DNA of 38,185 bases from Pseudomonadota bacterium (GTDB lineage Bacteria > Bdellovibrionota > Bdellovibrionia > Bdellovibrionales > SG-bin7). Both the position numbers and the translations under genes were made by a program. The stretch is taken from the NCBI GenBank assembly GCA_034439715.1, contig JAWXAY010000022.1, forward strand, positions 1 through 38,185. Direction: 5' to 3'. The notes under the pieces are model-generated. The model was not told where the DNA came from and did not search any database. It saw only the letters and a list, made by a program, of their open reading frames with translations. Shown here piece after piece: positions 1 to 8,863 of the stretch. Within the stretch, counting starts at the first letter, position 1; every line of letters begins with the position of its first letter.

Positions 1-2
1 GG

Positions 3-488
3 GTGGAACATCTTTTTGATCGGGTTGCATCGTCGAAACTCCTCTCGACAAAACATAGCCCAAGATCAATTAAGTTACAACCGGATAGGCAGGGAAAAAA
101 CATTATTAAACAGCAGGTGAATCTCTTTGGCCAAGTTATTGAGTGGAATATTGTGGAAGGTCTAAAAACGGGCTTTGTCATAGAAACGGAGGATTCTCAA
201 GAAGTAGATACAGAGGCGTCACTACAAAAAGAATCCAAATTAAAGCCCAATGTGATTTGCTATGACAGTTCGCCATCCCAGCACTCAATCCATCAGGCCG
301 TCGACGTAGTTCGCTTTGCAGGGCCGCTGCATCAGTTCGACAAGGACGTAGTCATAAGTAATTTTCTTGAGGCCCCAAAAATAGCTTCGATGGATCCTAA
401 AGTGTTTTTTGAAACATTTGGCACAAAGTCAAACTTTGGCACAAAGCTAACTTTCTTTATAAAAATCCTTCGACGATTTTTCAAATAA
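3..488 (+). CDS. Hypothetical protein, probably 5'-truncated by the window edge
   Basis: Frame is open from the window start and stops 17 nt before the next co-oriented gene; no motif recognised. Confidence 0.55.
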   Translation: MEHLFDRVASSKLLSTKHSPRSIKLQPDRQGKNIIKQQVNLFGQVIEWNIVEGLKTGFVIETEDSQEVDTEASLQKESKLKPNVICYDSSPSQHSIHQAVDVVRFAGPLHQFDKDVVISNFLEAPKIASMDPKVFFETFGTKSNFGTKLTFFIKILRRFFK

Positions 489-505
489 GTGTTAATACTT
501 TCCTA

Positions 506-1717
506 ATGTTAACCTGGCAAATATTTAAAGGTTTTTTGTTCTCGACACGCGCTGGCGCCTTGGTGCGAACAATTGCTCGCCTTTGTATTGTGGGAATCGG
601 AATCGGTGTTTTTGCTCTAATTCTCATCAACTCCGTGATGAATGGATTTAACCAAGCTATTCACGATCGTCATTTAAAGGTGGAGCCTCACATTGTTGTT
701 TGGTTTGATAAGAATTTTGGAGAGAGCCAGCAAGAAAAAGTCACTAACGAGATTTCAGAGGACCCGGATGTTGAGGTTTCTTATTTTGAAAAACAGGATG
801 TCCTTGTTCGCACGACAGACGGGAATCACAGTGGTGCCGTAGCGGTCGGTTTTGAAGAGGCAGCTCTAGAAAAAATCCTTAAAGGAGTAGAGGGAATTGA
901 GAGAGTTGATTTACGCACCAACGAAATTTACATTGGTCGCGATCTTGCCTATTCGCTTGGTGTTTTTACTGACGATTTGTTAGTGATCGTAGCTCCTGAG
1001 ACTTTGCTTTTGCCGGCAGGTGAAGTTCCTAAATTTGAACAGGTTAGAGTTAAAGGTGTAATATCTACTCGTGTGGCCGAAGTAGATGCTCAAAAAATAT
1101 TTTATGTAAGAAAGAAAAGCTTGGCTCGATTTCAGGATTCGCCGTCGTTTAGTTCTGGTTTACAGGTACAACTGAAAGACCCTATGAATTTTGAGAACAA
1201 GGCCGGGGAGTTAAAGGCTAGGGGATTTAAGGTTGAAACATGGGTCGATCGCAATTCCACCATGTTTTTTGCTTTGAAAGTTGAGAAGGCGATTATCGCT
1301 GGTTTTTTGGGACTCAGTACTATAATTTCCAGTTTTTCAATCGTGACTGTATTGGTGCTTCTTTTTGCGCAAAAAAGGCGTGAATTTGGTGTGCTTATGG
1401 CCTTGGGGCTATCTACTCTGAGAATCCGGCGAATTTTTTCAGGAGTGGGATTGCTGCTTTCAGGTTTGGGTTTAGGTGGAGGAATCCTTTTAGGTTTGGC
1501 CTTTGCTTTGGCTTTAGAAAAATGGCCGCTCGATATTTTGCCTAAAGATATTTATTATGATTCTCGAATTACGGCAAAAGTAAATTTCGTATTTGTCGGA
1601 ATTGTAATTGTAGGTGCCGTACTACTTTCTCTGATTTGTACTTGGCTTGCGACCTTACAAATTATAAAATCAAACCCTTCAGAAGCTCTACGTTCAAAAG
1701 TGAAGATAAGCGTTTAA
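506..1717 (+). CDS. Lipoprotein-releasing ABC transporter permease (LolC/LolE, MacB/FtsX-like family)
   Basis: N-terminal TM followed by SVMNGF, a periplasmic domain, KRREFGVLMALG and three C-terminal TMs ending PSEALR. Confidence 0.9.
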   Translation: MLTWQIFKGFLFSTRAGALVRTIARLCIVGIGIGVFALILINSVMNGFNQAIHDRHLKVEPHIVVWFDKNFGESQQEKVTNEISEDPDVEVSYFEKQDVLVRTTDGNHSGAVAVGFEEAALEKILKGVEGIERVDLRTNEIYIGRDLAYSLGVFTDDLLVIVAPETLLLPAGEVPKFEQVRVKGVISTRVAEVDAQKIFYVRKKSLARFQDSPSFSSGLQVQLKDPMNFENKAGELKARGFKVETWVDRNSTMFFALKVEKAIIAGFLGLSTIISSFSIVTVLVLLFAQKRREFGVLMALGLSTLRIRRIFSGVGLLLSGLGLGGGILLGLAFALALEKWPLDILPKDIYYDSRITAKVNFVFVGIVIVGAVLLSLICTWLATLQIIKSNPSEALRSKVKISV

Positions 1718-2532
1718 AGACTAATTTCGAAATCCCTCAATACCTGATTGAGAGAAGTTTTTTTATCTGTACTTTCTTTCCTCTGGCCAATTATTAAGGC
1801 GCATGAGGTGTGATAAGTGCCGGCTGGGAAAACTTTAGGCCGCGTCCCTGGAATGACCACCGAGTTTTCGGGAATTAAACCTTTACTCATTTTTGCTTGC
1901 GCTGAGGAGACATCAATAATGGGAGTTGAGGCTGTTAAGACGACTCCGGCTCCGATAACAGCACCCCGTTTAACCAAAACCCCTTCGACAATGATGGCGC
2001 GACTTCCGATAAAAACATTGTCCTCTATGATGACAGGCTGAGCCTGCAGAGGCTCTAACACGCCACCAATGCCTACACCGCCTGAGAGGTGACAGTGGGA
2101 ACCTATTTGAGCGCAGGATCCTACGGTGGCCCAAGTATCGATCATAGTGCCAGCCCCGACATAAGCGCCTATATTGATGTAGCTGGGCATAAGGACCGAG
2201 CCAGGCTCCACAAATGAGCCAAAGCGTGCAAGCGCGTGAGGTACCACGCGCACACTTTCTTTAGCACTCCATTTCTTTAATGGGATTTTATCAAAAAATT
2301 TTAATTCTCCAGCCTTAATTGGCTTTATCTTTTGTATTCGAAAATAAAGCAAAATGGATTTTTTAATCCATTCATGAGTTTTCCAGCCTTGTTGACTAGA
2401 AGTGGCTACTCTCAATTCGCCTTGGTCAAGAGCCTTAATGACCTTTAAAATTAGGGTTTTAATTTTGGAATTTAATTTTCCGTCGAGCGGAAAAACAGAA
2501 ATAGTTTTCTCGATTTCTTGAAACGACTTCAT
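1714..2532 (-). CDS. dapD: 2,3,4,5-tetrahydropyridine-2,6-dicarboxylate N-succinyltransferase
   Basis: FFDKIPLK, LMPSYINIGAYV, DTWATVGSCAQIG, HLSGGVGIGGVLEPLQA and KTSLN motifs. Confidence 0.97.
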   Translation of the reverse strand: MKSFQEIEKTISVFPLDGKLNSKIKTLILKVIKALDQGELRVATSSQQGWKTHEWIKKSILLYFRIQKIKPIKAGELKFFDKIPLKKWSAKESVRVVPHALARFGSFVEPGSVLMPSYINIGAYVGAGTMIDTWATVGSCAQIGSHCHLSGGVGIGGVLEPLQAQPVIIEDNVFIGSRAIIVEGVLVKRGAVIGAGVVLTASTPIIDVSSAQAKMSKGLIPENSVVIPGTRPKVFPAGTYHTSCALIIGQRKESTDKKTSLNQVLRDFEISL

Positions 2533-2544
2533 TTAGTTCTCACT

Positions 2545-3195
2545 TTATTTTTCTCTGGTTTCAGTTACTTTTAAACATTCATCAATGGCAGGGCAATGGG
2601 TTTTTAAGATATGGGAAGCTGCAAGACCTCGTTCGACTTCATAGGTAATGGTGGGGATCTCTCTTTCAAGCCCGCTGTAGGTGCCGAGACAACCGGGAGT
2701 GGGGTAGCCGATATCCTTTTTTATTTCGTAACCGGTCATTTTTTTTAAGATATTGGCTTCTTCCTCACAACTGCCATTAATATTAATGAGAGGGTACCAG
2801 GAGTGAAGCGAGAGTATAAATTTTAATTTATGATTTTTGATAAATTCAACAAGAGCCTGATTCTCAGATTCACTGTTGGCAATGAATCCCGGGAAATATT
2901 TCGGGTCTGAATGATTCTTAGTCCAATCATTGGTGGGCAAATTTCGATTGAGATCGACGCTGTTGGCATTCTGCCTTTTACCTAACAGAACGCCATCGAT
3001 ATTAAAAGAGGGAATTATTGTGAGGCGGAGACGATGCGAAAATCTTTGAGAATATTTGTCTACAAGGAAATGTGCCAGCATCACTCCTTCGGGTTCATTG
3101 CCGTGCACTCCCCCTAAAACTAACACCTCAGGCCCCTGGACCCCAAATTGATAGGCTATGATCGGTATTTTTTGACTAGAGTAACCAAAAACCAA
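2545..3195 (-). CDS. mpaA: Murein tripeptide amidase MpaA-like M14 zinc carboxypeptidase
   Basis: GGVHGNEPEG, DLNRN, LSLHS, IGYPTPGCLGTY and ITYE motifs; the start may instead be CTG at 3204. Confidence 0.85.
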   Translation of the reverse strand: MVFGYSSQKIPIIAYQFGVQGPEVLVLGGVHGNEPEGVMLAHFLVDKYSQRFSHRLRLTIIPSFNIDGVLLGKRQNANSVDLNRNLPTNDWTKNHSDPKYFPGFIANSESENQALVEFIKNHKLKFILSLHSWYPLININGSCEEEANILKKMTGYEIKKDIGYPTPGCLGTYSGLEREIPTITYEVERGLAASHILKTHCPAIDECLKVTETREK

Positions 3196-3213
3196 GGACT
3201 TCAGTGTTCACCT

Positions 3214-3990
3214 CTAAAATTCATTTTTCATATCTTTTAAATCAAGCGGTAGCTCGTCGTCGGGTGGTAACCATTTTTTTGGTTCACCTAAAAGACTGAT
3301 CGCCTCCGTTGAGGCAAATTCTTTATCGTCTTTGGCAATATAAGAAGTTTGCTTAATTTGTTCCACAATTTTAGGTCCGATGGCTGAGACTTTTAACTCC
3401 TTGGCCGCGGGGATTTCTTCATCTTTAACTACCGGCGGATATTCGACTTTAACTTGCTGTCCTTTTTCAACGAGAACCTTTTGTCCGGTTGATTTTTGTT
3501 CGACCTCAACAGTACCTGAAATTGTCGCTTGCTCGGTGGTTAAAGTATTGGGGTCAAAACTAGTAAAAAAATCAGTACCCCGAACCCCCATGACCGCCGA
3601 CGGCGTTGTGATCTTAAATGTGGCGTCGTCATTCGCCTGCTTATTAACGAGTGTGCGAATTTTTCCGTAAGTCAGGTTCAAAAGGCTGACGTCGTGGCTG
3701 TTTGAGTCGTGCTCTTCAATAGAAAAGCGGCTGCTGGGAGCCAAAGTTAAAACAGTAGTTTTAAGTTTAATTTTCGCTCGCGAAGCACGAGAGGTCAGAA
3801 TCACATCTCGGCATTCTAAATCCATTTTTGGCGTGGCTTTCATGCCCATTCGCAGGTTATCTTGAGAATCTACTTTAAGTCTTAAAACCTCAACCTGCCC
3901 CTGTTGGCTTATTATTTTACCGCAAAATTGACCGAGTGTTTCTGCCTGCGAGGTGGTTCCGATTAATATAAAAATAACAAATTTAACCAC
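3214..3990 (-). CDS. Secreted FecR-domain protein
   Basis: FKITTPSAVMGVRGTDF and LNLTYGKIR FecR signature. GTG at 3990 overlaps the manC stop and begins a signal-peptide-like segment, so I prefer it to the 4080 start. Confidence 0.85.
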   Translation of the reverse strand: MVKFVIFILIGTTSQAETLGQFCGKIISQQGQVEVLRLKVDSQDNLRMGMKATPKMDLECRDVILTSRASRAKIKLKTTVLTLAPSSRFSIEEHDSNSHDVSLLNLTYGKIRTLVNKQANDDATFKITTPSAVMGVRGTDFFTSFDPNTLTTEQATISGTVEVEQKSTGQKVLVEKGQQVKVEYPPVVKDEEIPAAKELKVSAIGPKIVEQIKQTSYIAKDDKEFASTEAISLLGEPKKWLPPDDELPLDLKDMKNEF

Positions 3991-4981
3991 GTGTTTTTTC
4001 CAGTGCTTCAAGGGCAGTCTTAACTTTTTCGGATGAACCTTTTTTACAAATAAGTAGACCATCAGTAGATTCCACCACAATTAAATCCGCACAATCAATA
4101 AGGATATGTTTTTTTGGGGGGCTGGTAAACACAAAATTTCCGTGAGCATCGCTTCCTTTAATTTTAGCAACTTCATCCCAAGAGCCGACATCACTCCAAC
4201 CGGGATCGCAAGGGACACAAAAAATATTTTTTGATTTCTCCATTACACCATAATCAATACTTTGCGAGGTGAGACCCGCGTAAATACTGTCGAGATTCGA
4301 GAGATCATCTTTAAGGGGAGAAAAGGCCTGCCAAGTGTCTTTCATATGGAGGGACAGTTCTTCAATCATGGTCGCAATTTTAAAAACAAAAATACCGGCA
4401 TTCCAAGAAGTGTTGCCTTCTTTGATAAAGGCTTGGGCCTTCACCATGTTAGGCTTTTCATGAAATTTTTTGGCCTTAAATAAACTGAGTCCGGCACTTT
4501 GATCTACGCGATTTTTCTCCACCTCAATGTAGCCGTAGCCAGTGGCTGGATACGAGGGAGTTATGCCAAAAGTGACAATGCCGCCAGTTCGAGCCGTTTT
4601 CTCGGCGAGTGCGCAGGCATCTAAAAAAACTTGGGGCTTTGACATTAAATGATCGGCCGGAAAAACCCCGACCACCTCATTTAACATATTTTTTTGCTTG
4701 AAAAGAGCGCACAGAAGCGCAACTGCTGGAGCTGTGTTTTTGGGCATCGGTTCAAAAATATTTTGGCTAGTAGGAATTCCTAAATTAACATTTAATTGAT
4801 TTACAGGTTCATGAATACTTTTGGTCGCTATAACCCAGGGATTACCCAGCGCTCTTGTTCGTTTGAGAGTGAGCGCTTGCAGAGACTCATCTAGAATCTG
4901 ACAAAACTGTTTGGGGAGAATGGTATTTGAAACTGGCCAGAGGCGCCGACCCTCTCCCCCAGAAAGCAGAACTGGAATCAT
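3983..4981 (-). CDS. manC: Mannose-1-phosphate guanylyltransferase (no cupin/PMI domain)
   Basis: LSGGEGRRLWP, PKQF, EPMPKNTAPA, PADH, TGYGYI, FHEKP, SIDYGVMEK and WSDVGSW motifs. Confidence 0.93.
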   Translation of the reverse strand: MIPVLLSGGEGRRLWPVSNTILPKQFCQILDESLQALTLKRTRALGNPWVIATKSIHEPVNQLNVNLGIPTSQNIFEPMPKNTAPAVALLCALFKQKNMLNEVVGVFPADHLMSKPQVFLDACALAEKTARTGGIVTFGITPSYPATGYGYIEVEKNRVDQSAGLSLFKAKKFHEKPNMVKAQAFIKEGNTSWNAGIFVFKIATMIEELSLHMKDTWQAFSPLKDDLSNLDSIYAGLTSQSIDYGVMEKSKNIFCVPCDPGWSDVGSWDEVAKIKGSDAHGNFVFTSPPKKHILIDCADLIVVESTDGLLICKKGSSEKVKTALEALEKTRG

Positions 4982-5442
4982 CGCGAAATCCTATTACGTG
5001 GGGCTTCTTTAATTTGTCGACCCCGCTCCCACAATTCTTTTTGCTCATTGGTTTTAACTTCGAGTTTTGGCACCGGACTGGGTTTACCATTTTCATCGAC
5101 ACAGACAAAAACCGTGTACCCAGATGTGGCTTTTGTTAACTTTCCGCTCGACTTTATATCACTGTGATAGACATCGACCTTGATAACGAGGCTAGTTTTT
5201 CCGGTGTAGATAATGCGGCCCTCTAGCTCGAGAATGTCGGCTAGATGTATCGGCTCTAAAAAATCGATTCGCTCAAAACTGGCGGTAACGACTTGCTTTC
5301 CACAAAACCTAAAGGCAGTTATGGCGGCACATTTATCGATGTACTCTAAGAGTTTGCCACCAAACATTGTGCCAAAATTGTTGGCATCTTGAGGCATGAC
5401 TAACTCAACCATTTTTACTTCAGGCGAAGGTTTTGTTTCCAT
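4978..5442 (-). CDS. Acyl-CoA thioesterase (hotdog fold, YciA-like)
   Basis: PQDANNFGTMFGGKLLEYID and VVTAS motifs. Confidence 0.92.
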   Translation of the reverse strand: METKPSPEVKMVELVMPQDANNFGTMFGGKLLEYIDKCAAITAFRFCGKQVVTASFERIDFLEPIHLADILELEGRIIYTGKTSLVIKVDVYHSDIKSSGKLTKATSGYTVFVCVDENGKPSPVPKLEVKTNEQKELWERGRQIKEAPRNRISR

Positions 5443-5476
5443 AGTTCAAAATTGTACAAGAGAAAATTTGAAAGCG

Positions 5477-7018
5477 CTACTTTACAGTTTCAAAAATGGC
5501 GTCAGCCACGCGCACACCATCTATCGCAGCGCTTGTAATGCCACCCGCATAACCGGCGCCTTCTCCACAGGGATAAAGTCCTTTGTGTGAAAGAGATTCA
5601 AGGGTGGTTTTATCACGAGTTATGCGAATGGGACATGAGGTGCGAGATTCGATACCGTGAAGTTGTGATTGTTCTGTAACATAACCTTTAATAGTTTGAT
5701 TGAAAGCCTTAAATCCTTCGCAGAGTTTATCACGAATTTGTTTTGGTAGAATCTCATCGAGGCGAACCGCAACTACGCCTGAGGGACTTGATGAGGGGAG
5801 TGCTAGACTTGGCTTTTGTGCGATAAAGGCCAGGGTGTTTTGCACGGGAAGTTGCTTGGTGCCGCCATTTTTTTTCACGGCCAAGAAGTTTGCTTTTTCG
5901 AGCTCTCTTCTAAATTCCAAACCTCCAAAGGGATTCCGTCCAAAGAATTTTTCGTGATCCACGCTGACTACAACAGCTGAATTTGCAAAAAGTCCATTCC
6001 TGGCATAGTTGCTCATGCCATTGCAAACTACGCCTTCGCTATCGGTAGTGCTCGAAATTGTGTAACCACCGGGGCACATACAAAACGAGTAGACCCCGAT
6101 ACCGGACTTGTGATCATGATGGGCCAGGCGATAATTGGCGGCTCCTAGTTTTTTGTTCTCAGCGTGCTCACGATACTGAATAGCATTAATAAATTTTTGC
6201 GTGTGTTCGATGCGAAGACCGATGGCAAAGGATTTTCCTTCCATTTGTACGCCGAGGTCTTTCAAATGACGAAACACATCTTCTGCCGAGTGACCTGTGG
6301 ATAGTACCACATGTTTGCTCTCGAACATCTTGCCATTTTCCACTCTAACGCCGGTAACATTACAGCCGCTAGCTAAGATGGCGGTGACTTTAGAGTTAAA
6401 ATATATTTCACAGCCCTTTGAGATCAAAAATTCACGAATGTGAGGTATGACTCGACGAATACGATCAGAACCTACGTGGGGGTTGCTCAAGTACTCAATT
6501 TCGGGAGGTGCGCCAAACTTGACCAAGCGATTCATGATATAGCCAATGTGTGGCGATTTAATGCGCGTAATGAGTTTGCCGTCTGAATACAGCCCAGCAC
6601 CACCTTCGCCGAAGCAGACATTGCTTTCGGGATTGAGTTCGCCATAACGCCAATGGCGATTTATATGTTGAATACGAGTTTTGGCGTCAGCCCCTCGTTC
6701 AAATATTATAGAGGGAATTCCGCGTTCAATAAGCCTTACTGCCGCAAAGAGACCGGCAGGACCTGCACCAATGATAATAGGTTTGGGACCACGATAGGAT
6801 TTTTTCGTAAGCTCAATGGCGTTTCTCTCCTTATAATCATCGGGCTCGCCATGAGCAAAGGCCTCGACAGAATAAATAAACTGAGGGGAGCTGCCTCTAC
6901 GGGCATCGACCGACTTTCGGGTGATATAGAAGTGATCAAGGTTGGGCATTAGAAGTTTGAGTTTTTCTTCTAAATCGTCATCGACGTCCACGTGTATATT
7001 TTTAAAAACCTGGCTCAT
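5477..7018 (-). CDS. FAD-dependent oxidoreductase (uncharacterised dehydrogenase family)
   Basis: IIGAGPAGL, FGEGGAGLYSDGKL, SFCMCPGG and GEGAGYAGGITSAAIDG motifs. Confidence 0.92.
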   Translation of the reverse strand: MSQVFKNIHVDVDDDLEEKLKLLMPNLDHFYITRKSVDARRGSSPQFIYSVEAFAHGEPDDYKERNAIELTKKSYRGPKPIIIGAGPAGLFAAVRLIERGIPSIIFERGADAKTRIQHINRHWRYGELNPESNVCFGEGGAGLYSDGKLITRIKSPHIGYIMNRLVKFGAPPEIEYLSNPHVGSDRIRRVIPHIREFLISKGCEIYFNSKVTAILASGCNVTGVRVENGKMFESKHVVLSTGHSAEDVFRHLKDLGVQMEGKSFAIGLRIEHTQKFINAIQYREHAENKKLGAANYRLAHHDHKSGIGVYSFCMCPGGYTISSTTDSEGVVCNGMSNYARNGLFANSAVVVSVDHEKFFGRNPFGGLEFRRELEKANFLAVKKNGGTKQLPVQNTLAFIAQKPSLALPSSSPSGVVAVRLDEILPKQIRDKLCEGFKAFNQTIKGYVTEQSQLHGIESRTSCPIRITRDKTTLESLSHKGLYPCGEGAGYAGGITSAAIDGVRVADAIFETVK

Positions 7019-7101
7019 TTAATTTCCTGGCTTATTTTTATTAAGCAAAGCAAATATTTATACTGACTTTTCGTTCCAGTTTACTAACATAATTCAATCT
7101 T

Positions 7102-7929
7102 ATGTACCAGAGCCTGCTTCCATTATTATTGCGTTTTGTTCCTAAAAACTATCTCAGTTATTTTTTAGGACGTCTGGCGGCAATTAGATGGCCGTTTGCT
7201 TGGAACAAAAAACTTATTTTATGGTTTTCTAATCGTTATGGGATCAACCTGGACGAGGTGGAGAAGGACGTGAGCCAATATCCCTCACTGTCTGATTTCT
7301 TTGTCAGGCGTCTTAAGTCAGGTGTGCGACCGATTGCTAACGGCATTGTTCACCCTGCAGATTCTACAATTACCACTTTCGGACCTATTGATAACCAAAC
7401 TTTGATTCAAGCGAAAGGCTTGAATTATGATTTGAGCGAATTTGTTCACGACCTAAATTTAGCGGCAGCCCTCGAGGGTGGCACTTATATTACTTACTAT
7501 CTCTGCCCTGCGGATTATCATTGTGTGCATTCGCCGATTGATGGAAAAGTGATTAAGGCCACACATATTCCTGGAGAACTTTGGCCGGTGAATACGTGGA
7601 GTGTAAAGAGCATTAAGAATTTGTTTCCCCGTAACGAGCGTCTCGTGGTTGAAATGGATTATGAGGGTAAGCGTGCTGTATTAGTGATGGTGGGCGCGAC
7701 TAATGTTGGTAAAATTACTCTGGCTTTTGATGATACTCTTGTCACCAACGATTTAAGTCACCGTAAACCTCGTACGCGATTTTATAATCCCTCAATTGGC
7801 ATCAAGCGTGGCGACCTGTTTGGTAAATTTCATTTAGGCAGTACCGTCATTATGCTCTATCAAGAGGGGATTTTACCGACAGGTAAAGTGATTAGTTCTG
7901 TCGCTGTTAAGTATGGTGAGAGTTTGTGA
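7102..7929 (+). CDS. psd: Phosphatidylserine decarboxylase proenzyme
   Basis: FFVRRLK, PADS, NER, VGATNVG and the LGST autocleavage motif. Confidence 0.95.
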   Translation: MYQSLLPLLLRFVPKNYLSYFLGRLAAIRWPFAWNKKLILWFSNRYGINLDEVEKDVSQYPSLSDFFVRRLKSGVRPIANGIVHPADSTITTFGPIDNQTLIQAKGLNYDLSEFVHDLNLAAALEGGTYITYYLCPADYHCVHSPIDGKVIKATHIPGELWPVNTWSVKSIKNLFPRNERLVVEMDYEGKRAVLVMVGATNVGKITLAFDDTLVTNDLSHRKPRTRFYNPSIGIKRGDLFGKFHLGSTVIMLYQEGILPTGKVISSVAVKYGESL

Positions 7930-8789
7930 AAGTTTTAATCATCGGCGGTAACCGCTACTTTGGTCTAAGGCTAGCAAAAAAAATCACTGAAGCGGGTCAT
8001 CAACTAACTCTTCTAAATCGTGGAAATCTCAAAGATGATTTGGGTCGGGGAGTTGAGAGAATTGTTTGCGACAGATCTAGCGAGCCTGATTTCAGGCGAG
8101 CTTTGACAGGCCGCGAGTTTGATATAGTCTACGATCAGATTTGCTATAACTCGAAGGACGCCGTGGTCGCCTGCGAGGTTTTTTCTGACAAAATCAAAAG
8201 GTATATTTTTACTTCCACCATGAGTGTCTATGATGGTGGCCGCAGTATTAAGGAAGCTGAATATGATCCTTTTACTTATCCTGTTTGCATCGAAGCTAAA
8301 CCCAGTGATTATCAACTGGGCAAGCGCCAAGCTGAAAGTGTTTTTCATCAGAAGGCAACATTCCCCGTTTTGAGCGTGCGCTTTCCGGTAGTTTTGGGTC
8401 CTGATGACTACACCAAACGCTTTATTTGGCATGTAGAAAAAATAAAAAAGGGCGAGGAGATTTACTTTCCTGATATGAATGTCAGTATTTCTCTTATCCA
8501 TGCTCAGGACGCTGCTGATTTTTTATATTTTAATTTAGAAAAAAATAGCGTAGGTCCCGTTAATGTGGCCTCAAGTGAGCCAGTAAAGTTAAGTACACTA
8601 ATGTCTCTGATTGAAGTCGCTTGCGACAAGAAGTTAATTCTAGCTAAGACTGAAATCGCTGACAATGGATCGCCCGTTGGCCCTGCCAGCGATTTTTGGC
8701 TGAATGTTGAAAAAATGCAGAGTATGGGTTTTCAAACTCAGCCTATTTTGGATTGGGTTTCTGAGCTTCTTATGCCTGCCTTTGGCTGA
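7926..8789 (+). CDS. NAD-dependent epimerase/dehydratase family (atypical SDR)
   Basis: IIGGNRYFG Rossmann motif and YQLGK (YxxxK); GTGA overlap with psd. Confidence 0.88.
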   Translation: MKVLIIGGNRYFGLRLAKKITEAGHQLTLLNRGNLKDDLGRGVERIVCDRSSEPDFRRALTGREFDIVYDQICYNSKDAVVACEVFSDKIKRYIFTSTMSVYDGGRSIKEAEYDPFTYPVCIEAKPSDYQLGKRQAESVFHQKATFPVLSVRFPVVLGPDDYTKRFIWHVEKIKKGEEIYFPDMNVSISLIHAQDAADFLYFNLEKNSVGPVNVASSEPVKLSTLMSLIEVACDKKLILAKTEIADNGSPVGPASDFWLNVEKMQSMGFQTQPILDWVSELLMPAFG

Positions 8790-8803
8790 GATGCCTATCT
8801 ATT

Positions 8804-8829
8804 ATTTGTAAGGGTATAACCTTACAAAT
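8804..8829. terminator. Perfect 10-bp inverted repeat between convergent genes, probable bidirectional terminator
   Basis: ATTTGTAAGG-gtataa-CCTTACAAAT. Confidence 0.55.
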
Positions 8830-8863
8830 CCGAGAGTGCTGTTTGAGGGCCGTGGGTAGGAGT

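Noticed and set aside
417..446. Direct repeat TTTGGCACAAAG x2 (18-nt period) containing TGGCAC
   Set aside because: Only two copies, in frame within a CDS (FGTK x2); no -12 TTGC for sigma54 and not CRISPR-like
3991..4080. N-terminal extension of the FecR ORF overlapping manC by ~100 nt
   Set aside because: GTG at 3990 gives a plausible signal peptide and a normal short overlap
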